From: Planctomycetota bacterium
GTDB taxonomy: Bacteria; Planctomycetota; GCA-002687715; CAIWVZ01
Direction of reading: 5' to 3'
Length of the DNA stretch: 64,000 bases
NCBI GenBank assembly: GCA_044222185.1
Contig: JBGANV010000001.1
Location: 896,001-960,000 of the forward strand
In this document: in pieces, positions 56,702-64,000 of the stretch
Layout: every line of letters begins with the position of its first letter
Position numbering within the stretch: the first letter of the stretch is position 1
Program-made: the position numbers and the translations under genes
Notes under the pieces: generated by a model
Told to the model about the DNA's origin: nothing
Databases searched by the model: none
The model's input: the letters and a program-made list of their open reading frames with translations, nothing else

Positions 56702-58056
56702 CACTCCTCCCCGTCCGCGATCCCGTAGAGCCTGAGCTTCTCCCACAGGTTCTTGCGGCTGATCCCGAGGACCGACGCCGCCTGCGCCCTGTGATTGCCC
56801 GTCATCTTCAGGACGTACCGCAGGTGCTCGATCTCCGCCTCCTCAACGACCTCCTTCAGGGGACGGAGCTTGTCCGGGGCTTTCACCGCCTGCTTGAAGT
56901 TCGGGGACATCTCGACGAGGTGCTCGCGCTTGAGGATCCGCGACTGGCCGGCGAGTGCGATGGCGCGTTCCACGGCATGCTCCAGCTCGCGGACGTTCCC
57001 TGGCCACGAGTACTGGTCCATCAACTCGAGCGTTTCCGGTTTGACCTCGTAGTCGCGATCTCCCGCGTACTTCTTCACGAAGTGGTGGACGAGCAGCGCG
57101 ATGTCGCCCTTCCGCTCACGCAATGCCGGCAGGAGGAGCGGCACGACGTTCAGGCGGTAGTAAAGGTCCTCGCGAAACTTACCCTCCCGCACGTGGGCCC
57201 TCAGATCGACCTTCGTCGCGGCGATCACGCGCGCATTGACCTTGATCGATTTGTCCCCGCCCAGCCGTTCGACTTCCTTTTCCTGCAGCACGCGCAGGAG
57301 CTTGACCTGTGTTGCGAGGGCGAGGTCATCGATGTCGTCCAGGAAGAACGTGCCGCCCTCGGCGCGCTCGAAGCGTCCGAGCTTCTTGTCCTTCGCATCC
57401 GTGAACGCACCGCGTTCGTGCCCGAACAGCTCATCCTCGAGCAAGGTCGACGGGATCGCGGCGCAGGACATGGCGATGAATGGCTGATTGCGGCGCGCGC
57501 TGTTGCTGTGGATGGCGCGGGCGATCACCTCCTTGCCCGTTCCCGTCTCGCCCTGGATCAACACCGTCGCGTCCGTCTTCGCGACGGTCTTCACGGTTCG
57601 GACGACCTCTTGCATGGCCGAGCTCTGGCCGACGATGTTTCCGAAGCTCGTGACCTCTCCCAGCTGTTCACGAAGCGTCCGATTCTCCGCGACGAGGGCG
57701 CGGACCTGATCGAGCCGCGCCAGCGCGTGAACGATCTGTTCGTTGCGGAACGGCTTCAGGATGTAGTCCGCGGCCCCTTCCTTCATGGCCTTCACGGCGG
57801 AGTCGATCGACCCGTAACCAGTGACGAGGATCACGGCCGTGGACGCGTCCGCGGCCTTGATGCGCCGCAGCAGTTCGTCGCCCTTGATGCCTGGCATGTT
57901 GATGTCGGAAACGACGCAATCGAAGCGTTCACGTTGGATGGCCGCGAGCGCGTCGTCGCCGCTGTTGGCGACTTCGACCACGTGGCCCGCCTCCCGCAGA
58001 TCCTCTTCGAGTGTGAGCGTGATCGACTTTTCGTCGTCAGCTACGAGGACTCGCAT
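56701..58056 (-). CDS. Sigma-54-dependent response regulator (NtrC/AtoC family)
   Basis: Receiver domain (DDE, SDINMP, KPF), GETGTGKE, ELFGHERGAFTDA, FREDLYYRLNV, WPGNVREL and a Fis-type HTH. Confidence 0.95.
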   Translation of the reverse strand: MRVLVADDEKSITLTLEEDLREAGHVVEVANSGDDALAAIQRERFDCVVSDINMPGIKGDELLRRIKAADASTAVILVTGYGSIDSAVKAMKEGAADYILKPFRNEQIVHALARLDQVRALVAENRTLREQLGEVTSFGNIVGQSSAMQEVVRTVKTVAKTDATVLIQGETGTGKEVIARAIHSNSARRNQPFIAMSCAAIPSTLLEDELFGHERGAFTDAKDKKLGRFERAEGGTFFLDDIDDLALATQVKLLRVLQEKEVERLGGDKSIKVNARVIAATKVDLRAHVREGKFREDLYYRLNVVPLLLPALRERKGDIALLVHHFVKKYAGDRDYEVKPETLELMDQYSWPGNVRELEHAVERAIALAGQSRILKREHLVEMSPNFKQAVKAPDKLRPLKEVVEEAEIEHLRYVLKMTGNHRAQAASVLGISRKNLWEKLRLYGIADGEE

Positions 58057-59468
58057 GTCTCTGTCTCCTCCGTTCGTCCTGCGGGCACCGCCTTGCCCGG
58101 GTTCATGATCCCATCTGGATCGAAGAGTCGTTTCACGCCCTGCATGAGCTCGAGCGCTCGGGCGCCGACCTCCGACTTCATCGCGTCGAGCTTCGTGTTT
58201 CCGATCCCATGTTCGCCGGAGATGGTCCCGCCGCGGCGCATCACGATGGCCAGTGCGCGTTGCCGAGCCGTTGCGAGCCGCTCCCGATCACCGGGCTTGG
58301 CGGGATCGTACAGGAAGTTGACGTGCAGGTTCGCGTCGCCAGCATGGCCATAGGCCAGGATCCGGATCCCTGCGTCCCGTCCGGCGGCCTTGATCTCGGC
58401 GATCGCGTCGGCGAGCTGCCCGCGTGGGACGCCCAGGTCCTCCGACTTCTTCGCGGCCGAGACTCGATAGACGGCGGGCGAGATCCCGCGGCGACCCTTC
58501 CAGAGCGCGTCGCGCTCGGCGGCCGACGATGCGTGTCGCGCCTCGTACGCCCCCGCGCGCCGGAGGGCCTCGACGGCCGAATGCGTCTCCTCTGCGACCG
58601 CCGTTTCCGATCCGTCCACCTCGATCAGGAGCCTCGAGCGGCATCGCACATCGGGCACCTCCCCGAGGAACCCGCTCACGATCTGGACGACGTCGCCGTC
58701 CATGTACTCCAGTGCGCGTGGAAGGACGCCGGCCTCGAGAACCGCATCGGCGCCGGCGAAACCACCGACTTCCGAATCGAACGAGGCCAGGATGGTCGCA
58801 GATGCTCGCGGTCTCGGGATGAGCCGCAAAGTCAACTGGGTGATGATGCCGAGCGTCCCTTCGGAGCCGACGAAGAGCCGCGTGAGGTCGTATCCAACCG
58901 AGCGCTTCAGCGCGCGGCCGCCGACCTGCAGGGTCGACGCGTCGGCCAGGACGGCGCGCACGCCGAGGACGTAGTCGCGCGTGACGCCGTACTTCACCGC
59001 TCGCAGGCCGCCCGCCGCGGTCGCAACGTTGCCTCCGAGCGTCGAGAAGCGGCTGGACGCCGGATCTGGCGGATAGAAGAGCCCGAACGTCTCGACGTGG
59101 GACTGGAAGGCTCCCGTGAGAACGCCGGGTTCGACGACCGCGACGAGGTCGCGCTGGTCGACGTCGACGATCCGATTCATGCGCGAGAGGTCCACGACGA
59201 GCTGCTCACGCCGCGACGACGCCGAGCCTGTCGGGGACGTCCCGGCACCGCGTGGAACCAGCGTGAGTCCGTGACGCCGAGCGATCGTCACGACGGCGAC
59301 GACCTCGGCCTCGGTCGCGGGTCGCGCGACCGCCACGCAGTCCCCGGCCTGGCGCGACGCGTCGGAACCATGGAGGCTGCGATCCTCCGGACTCGTGAGA
59401 AGCCCCGGAGCACCGAGCGCGGCGCGGAGTTCGGCGATGACGGCGTCTGTCGTTGGGGCCACGGACAT
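58041..59468 (-). CDS. FAD-linked oxidase, GlcD/D-2-hydroxyacid dehydrogenase family
   Basis: PRGAGT, YPPDPAS, GGNVATAAGG..AVKYG.TRDYV, GSEGTLG, GHAGDANLH, SGEHGIG, DP.GIMNPGK. Confidence 0.9.
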   Translation of the reverse strand: MSVAPTTDAVIAELRAALGAPGLLTSPEDRSLHGSDASRQAGDCVAVARPATEAEVVAVVTIARRHGLTLVPRGAGTSPTGSASSRREQLVVDLSRMNRIVDVDQRDLVAVVEPGVLTGAFQSHVETFGLFYPPDPASSRFSTLGGNVATAAGGLRAVKYGVTRDYVLGVRAVLADASTLQVGGRALKRSVGYDLTRLFVGSEGTLGIITQLTLRLIPRPRASATILASFDSEVGGFAGADAVLEAGVLPRALEYMDGDVVQIVSGFLGEVPDVRCRSRLLIEVDGSETAVAEETHSAVEALRRAGAYEARHASSAAERDALWKGRRGISPAVYRVSAAKKSEDLGVPRGQLADAIAEIKAAGRDAGIRILAYGHAGDANLHVNFLYDPAKPGDRERLATARQRALAIVMRRGGTISGEHGIGNTKLDAMKSEVGARALELMQGVKRLFDPDGIMNPGKAVPAGRTEETETCESS

Positions 59469-59505
59469 CGTGAGCGCGGATGCTAACGCCCGAACCCCGC
59501 CGGAC

Positions 59506-60540
59506 TCAGACGGGCATCCGCTTCGAAACGAAGGAGCCGAGCTTCTCGGCAACGGGCAACGGCAGCTTCTTGAAGAGGCGGCGCGCTAGGTTGAACTTCG
59601 GGTTGTCCGGGTTCATCGAAGGCAACCGGCCGCTCTCGTCCAGCAGGTACTGGTACCGCAGGGGCGTGGGCTCGAATCCCTGGTTCTTCTTGAAGAAGTA
59701 GCTGCCCGTTTCGCGACGGCTGCGTCCGAAGTCGAACTTCTTCAGCCCGTGCTCGCAGGCCCATTCCATCAATGCGTGGTACATCACGTTGTTGGCCGAC
59801 AGCTCCGTCGCGTTGTCGGCGGCGCCCGAGTAGTACGGCATGATCCAATCGCGATGGACCAGGGACATGACGGCGGCGACGGTCTCTCCCTCGTAACGGA
59901 CGCGCATGATGAAACAGCGTTCGCCGAAGGTCTCGAGCACGCGCCAGAAGAGACTCTTCGGGAAGATCGGAGAGCCGAGCGAGCGCTTGTTGTTCGCGAA
60001 CAGGAGGTAGAACTCCTCGACGTCGCGGCTGTGTGTGTCGATCGTGAGCCCGGGACGCGCCAGCGCCTTGCGTACCTCGGCGCGGGCCTTGCGCGGAATG
60101 CGGTTCAGGCACTCCTCCTTCGTCGCGGGCACGTCAGCGATGAACGTGACGTACAGGTCGGTCGACGGCAGGTCGATGCCGGGATCGTGAAGGTGTCGGA
60201 GTTCGACGTACTTGGCGCCACTCGCCATGGCGACCTTGCGCCCGGCATCCGCGAGATGACGCGCAACCTCCGGGTCATCGGCGAGGATGCCGCCGTAGAC
60301 ACCGAACGGGAGCGAAACCATCGACACTCCGAAGAAGATCGACCGGATCTCCACGATGGGAAGCACACCGACGGTCCGCCCCTTCTGCTCCGCGAGGAGG
60401 TAGTGCGGCACGTGCGGGAACGTTCGGACGAGCATGTCCCGCCACGCGAGTTCGTGGAAGATCGTCGCCTGCGGGTGGCGCTGGACGTAATCCGACCAAC
60501 GCCCTTCGAGGCTCGAGTCCAGTGTCCAGATGGTGGTCAT
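59506..60540 (-). CDS. FemAB-related GNAT protein of the type associated with PEP-CTERM/XrtA exopolysaccharide loci
   Basis: HPQATIFH, SLPFGVYGG, YVELR, RK.RAEVRK, LGSP, PYYSG, NNVMY, FDFGRS...TG...FKKN.GF, NPDNPKF. Confidence 0.88.
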   Translation of the reverse strand: MTTIWTLDSSLEGRWSDYVQRHPQATIFHELAWRDMLVRTFPHVPHYLLAEQKGRTVGVLPIVEIRSIFFGVSMVSLPFGVYGGILADDPEVARHLADAGRKVAMASGAKYVELRHLHDPGIDLPSTDLYVTFIADVPATKEECLNRIPRKARAEVRKALARPGLTIDTHSRDVEEFYLLFANNKRSLGSPIFPKSLFWRVLETFGERCFIMRVRYEGETVAAVMSLVHRDWIMPYYSGAADNATELSANNVMYHALMEWACEHGLKKFDFGRSRRETGSYFFKKNQGFEPTPLRYQYLLDESGRLPSMNPDNPKFNLARRLFKKLPLPVAEKLGSFVSKRMPV

Positions 60541-61532
60541 GCCGCTCCGCCGGGTGGCGTCTCACCCGTGATGACTCGCTCGATGTGATAGTCCCGAAGC
60601 TCGCGACCCTGAAGGAAGATGATGATCTCCCCGATCAGACCGATGCTCCCGACGATGATGCCGAGCACGAGGAGGAACACCCCGAGCACGAGGAGCGGGT
60701 TATCGGCGAGTCCGAGGCGCCGGTCCGCGAGGAAGCGGAAGTAGAGCATCGTCGCGCAGATGATCAGTCCCAGCACGAAGAACACCGAGCCCACCATTCC
60801 GAAGAACCGCAATGGCTTGCGCGTGAACTTGATCAGGAAGAAGATCGACAGGATGTCGAGGAGCCGGCGGATGTACACACCCGGGGTGTACAGCGTGCTC
60901 CGTCCTTCCTCGCGAACGTGCTGTACGGGGATCTCGATGACTCGGAATCCCTTCTGCACGGCGAAGACGGCGATGAAGCGGAACAAGTCGCCGTGGAAAG
61001 ACAGCTCCTCGACGACCTCGCGGCGGAATGCCCTGAACGAGCAGTTCAGGTCTTGCAGATCGGTCTTGGTCAGCATCCGCGTGTAGGCGTTGAACGCCCA
61101 GGACTGGACACGCGCGAACGCAGAGTCCACGCGCCTGTCACGTCTCACCGCGACGTAGTCGTGCGCATTGGTGTCGAGCAGCTGAAGAGCCTTGCGGATC
61201 GCGTCCACACCGACCTGCTGATACCAGGTCGTCGTCACGATGTACCGACCCCGCGCGAGACCGACCGCGCTGGCGATTCCCACAGATTCGCCGAACGCGC
61301 GCCGGAACCTGATCGCACGAACGTTCGAGCGCTCCTGGCAGAGTCGCTCGACGTACCGCAGGAAGTCCCCGCCAACCCCGTCGTCGACGAAGACGATCTC
61401 GTAGCTCTTCCCCAGGTCTTCCAGCGCGCTGCCGTAGACGGAGATGAGCTCGGTGGTGAGGTCTATCTTGGGACGTGCGTCACTTGCGAGAACGACGAGC
61501 GTGACGTCGTACGGAATCGCTGAATAGGTCAC
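60537..61532 (-). CDS. Glycosyltransferase family 2-like protein (ArnC/DPM1-like) lacking DXD
   Basis: YEIVFVDDG, FGES, DLNCSFRAFRREV, FRFI and two C-terminal TM segments. The DXD position reads TTTWYQQ. Confidence 0.8.
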   Translation of the reverse strand: MTYSAIPYDVTLVVLASDARPKIDLTTELISVYGSALEDLGKSYEIVFVDDGVGGDFLRYVERLCQERSNVRAIRFRRAFGESVGIASAVGLARGRYIVTTTWYQQVGVDAIRKALQLLDTNAHDYVAVRRDRRVDSAFARVQSWAFNAYTRMLTKTDLQDLNCSFRAFRREVVEELSFHGDLFRFIAVFAVQKGFRVIEIPVQHVREEGRSTLYTPGVYIRRLLDILSIFFLIKFTRKPLRFFGMVGSVFFVLGLIICATMLYFRFLADRRLGLADNPLLVLGVFLLVLGIIVGSIGLIGEIIIFLQGRELRDYHIERVITGETPPGGAA

Positions 61533-62467
61533 ATGACCTCCGCCGTTGCCCGCGCGATGTCCGTCGGGTCCGATCGCCCGACACGGTTGATCAACTCGGC
61601 CAGAAGCCCCAGGAACAGGAAGTAGAGCGCTGTGACGAAGAAGAGCACGATCACGGCTGGGAAGACGATGAACTCCTCGCGCCAGCCCTGCTCGATGTTC
61701 GACAGCCACAACGCGATGATCGCGCCGGTGAACACGAGAAACGCAAAGCTGGCCATCCCGAAGTAGTGGAGCGGTCGATGCGCGAAGTCCAGGATCATCT
61801 TCAGCGCCACCAGGTCTGCCGCGACTTTCAGCACGCGGTTCAGCCCGTACTTGCTTGCCCCGTAGGCACGTGCATGGTGGGTGACGACGATCTCCGTGAT
61901 CCGAGCGCCTGCGCGCGAACTCAGCGCGGGGATGAATCGGTGCATGTCCGAGTACAGGCGTAGTGGCTTGAGTACCGGTGCTCGATAAGCCTTCAGCGTG
62001 CAGCCGTAGTCGTGCAGGTGGACACCGGTCACGATCCCGATGAGCATGTTCGCGACCATCGAGGGGAGCCGCCGCGTGAGCGCGCGATCCTTGCGGTCCC
62101 TGCGCCATCCGCTGACCAGGTCGTACCCCTCGTCCAGCTTTGCCAGCAGTCGCGGGATGTCGTTCGGGTCGTTCTGGAGGTCACCATCCATGAACACGAT
62201 GACGTTGCCGGTCGCCTCGGCCATGCCCGCGGCCATCGCGGGCGTCTGCCCCGAGTTGCTTCGGAGCTTCACGAGCTTGAACCCGCGGAGCTTGGGAAGC
62301 TGGTCACAGACGAGTTTCGCCGTCTGGTCCGTGCTGCCGTCGTCGACGAGGATCACCTCGACCGACCGCCCGAACGTAGCGAGGAATTGGGTCAGCCGGT
62401 CCAGCAGGTGCGGGACGCAGGCCTCCTCGTTGTAGAGCGGGATGACGATCGAAACGTCCGGAGTCAC
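61529..62467 (-). CDS. Glycosyltransferase family 2 (ArnC/polyprenol-phosphate glycosyltransferase-like)
   Basis: SIVIPLYNEE, VDDGSTD, GQT.A, MDGDLQNDP, GWR..R.D, HDYGCTLKAYR, HRFIP, G.SKY and two C-terminal TM segments. Confidence 0.92.
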   Translation of the reverse strand: MTPDVSIVIPLYNEEACVPHLLDRLTQFLATFGRSVEVILVDDGSTDQTAKLVCDQLPKLRGFKLVKLRSNSGQTPAMAAGMAEATGNVIVFMDGDLQNDPNDIPRLLAKLDEGYDLVSGWRRDRKDRALTRRLPSMVANMLIGIVTGVHLHDYGCTLKAYRAPVLKPLRLYSDMHRFIPALSSRAGARITEIVVTHHARAYGASKYGLNRVLKVAADLVALKMILDFAHRPLHYFGMASFAFLVFTGAIIALWLSNIEQGWREEFIVFPAVIVLFFVTALYFLFLGLLAELINRVGRSDPTDIARATAEVM

Positions 62468-62749
62468 TCTTCCCTCTTCTTCTGAGCTGAATGCCTTGCG
62501 GGCGCGACGGTTGCGCCGGCGCACCAGGGACCCATCCTGGTGTCGGCGCCCCGCAGTCGAGGCCTTGAACCAGGATCGTGCCCCGGGGACGGGCACGTTC
62601 GATTGGACGTTGCGTCCGACGGCGGGTATGATCTTGCCGCCTGATCCGTCGCGTCTCAAGCCGAGGATTCGCAACGCCTTACGCATTGCGCGCGGGAAGT
62701 GACCTCCGAGGGAACGGGCGGAAGCGGCGGCGGATCCCCCACATTCCCC

Positions 62750-63820
62750 ATGTGGTCCTTCCAAGAAGTTGTCCTGTTGCACGACCCTGGGCCGGATCGG
62801 CAAGCGCTTGCCGCATTCCTGGACCGCAAGGGTCTTCGCACGACCGTCTGCGATGACATCGCTGCCGCTCGCAGCGAAGTGGATCGTCATGTGCGGGCAG
62901 GACGAGCGTCGGTGCTCATCGCCCGCTGCGGGCCGGCTCAGTCGCTGAATGGGCTCGGGAACTTCGAGGCCGGGAATCCCGTTCCAGCGCTCGCACTCGC
63001 CGCCGACGGCACCGTGGCTCCGCCCTGGGCTTCACGAGTCGTGCGCGAGCCGTATTTTCTCGATGAAGTGCTCCGCGCCCTTTCCGAAATCGCACCATCG
63101 CCGCCTGACCACCGCACCCAGGATGCTCAGGCGCCATCGCAGGTGAATCCGGGACCGATGAACGACGTCCTTCGAGGCCTGGCCCACGCGATCAACAACC
63201 CGCTGACGGCAGCAGTGGGGTGGCTTCGCCTGCTGAGCCTCGACGGCATCACCCGGGAGAAGCAGCAGGATCTCGTCGGTCAGGCGCAACGTGAGCTGGA
63301 CGTCATCGCGCGAATGACACTCGCCATGACGGCACTCGGAGGGCGGAATCTCCGCCACCTGGGACTGGTACGCGTGTGCGATGCCGTCGCCGCGGCGACG
63401 AGGGACGTGCCGGAGTCGCAGGTCCGCCTCCGTTGCGTCGGTGCAAACACGCTCTCCGCGGTCGTGCACACGGACGCGGCGATCGTCGAGCTGATGATCG
63501 GCCTCCTCACGCATGACGCTCGCGCTGACGCTCGGCCGGAGCCGTTGGAAATCGAGATCTCGAGCACGCCGGCGCACGTCCGAATCAGCCTTCGCGACGT
63601 CGCGTCACCGGCAACGCCGGCGGCGGATGGATTCGGCATCGCCTCGCTACTCCGCACACAACGCCACACGCGTGGCCTGGGAATGGCCCTCGCCGCCGAA
63701 CTCGCGTGCCGCAGCGGCGGGACGCTCCAATGCGAGGGCGCGGCGCCGGCAGGGTCGACGCTGGTGTTGATCCTGCCCGTGGTCACCACAGCCCTCGAGC
63801 AAGAGGGAGACCGCGCGTGA
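62750..63820 (+). CDS. Degenerate hybrid histidine-kinase-like protein (pseudo-receiver + HisKA + eroded HATPase)
   Basis: H-box GLAHAINNPLT and G2-like RGLGMALA...GG.L...GST..L.LP are present. The receiver Asp, N box and G1 box are not recognisable. Confidence 0.7.
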   Translation: MWSFQEVVLLHDPGPDRQALAAFLDRKGLRTTVCDDIAAARSEVDRHVRAGRASVLIARCGPAQSLNGLGNFEAGNPVPALALAADGTVAPPWASRVVREPYFLDEVLRALSEIAPSPPDHRTQDAQAPSQVNPGPMNDVLRGLAHAINNPLTAAVGWLRLLSLDGITREKQQDLVGQAQRELDVIARMTLAMTALGGRNLRHLGLVRVCDAVAAATRDVPESQVRLRCVGANTLSAVVHTDAAIVELMIGLLTHDARADARPEPLEIEISSTPAHVRISLRDVASPATPAADGFGIASLLRTQRHTRGLGMALAAELACRSGGTLQCEGAAPAGSTLVLILPVVTTALEQEGDRA

Positions 63821-64000
63821 CGACGAGCCGCGAGACCATCCTCGTGCTGACCGACGGTGAGCCGACGCTCGCCCACTACATGGATCAGCTCCGCGAGGCT
63901 GGCTATCGAGTGCTCGCGACGGCGCGACCGTACGAGGCCGTACTCTTCGTGACGCGGGAGGACGTTCTGTGCGTGATCGTCCGCGAAGTGCTCCTTCCCG
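63817..64000 (+). CDS. Receiver-like domain protein (partial, runs off the window)
   Basis: GTGA overlap with the upstream stop. Translation MTTSRETILVLTDGEPTLAHYMDQLREAGYRVLATARPYEAVLFVTREDVLCVIVREVLLP fits the receiver-fold pattern but lacks the phospho-Asp. Confidence 0.6.
   Translation, partial: MTTSRETILVLTDGEPTLAHYMDQLREAGYRVLATARPYEAVLFVTREDVLCVIVREVLLP

Noticed and set aside
1-64000. CRISPR arrays, rRNA/tRNA genes, IS elements, integrases, prophage or defence genes
   Set aside because: I saw no regularly spaced repeats, RNA gene signatures or mobile/defence protein motifs by eye. A covariance-model and HMM scan would be needed to exclude short or divergent elements.

Overview
A GC-rich (roughly two-thirds GC, judged by eye), gene-dense chromosomal window of mostly housekeeping genes, probably from a Planctomycetota bacterium. 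That assignment is an inference from the many secreted HEAT/TPR and carboxypeptidase-regulatory-like proteins, the eukaryote-type UDP-GlcNAc pyrophosphorylase and the orphan prepilin-like gene. Recognisable blocks: yitJ-udk; mltA-DUF4026-thpR-recA; rpmF-plsX-fabH-fabD-fabG-acpP-fabF-UAP-ddl-thiE-like-thiL-tsaE; a CCA-adding enzyme; dxr-rseP-UbiA; nadE-inositol-3-phosphate synthase-aconitase; and a long minus-strand run (GT2, GT2, FemAB-like, GlcD-like, NtrC-like, lpxH, cmk, rpsA, lipoprotein, dihydroorotase). I found no rRNA, tRNA, CRISPR array, integrase or transposase. The most notable signals are: (1) three genes typical of the ebo/SCO3242-type gene cluster dispersed into three different housekeeping operons; (2) three correctly spaced sigma-54 promoters in front of uncharacterised, mostly secreted proteins, plus an NtrC-like activator with a DD Walker B; (3) a TolC with no pump partner, flanked by HEAT-repeat proteins; (4) a 24-Cys secreted protein; (5) several apparent pseudoenzymes. 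All family assignments come from motif recognition by eye, not database searches. Many start codons were moved from the ORF track to more plausible positions.
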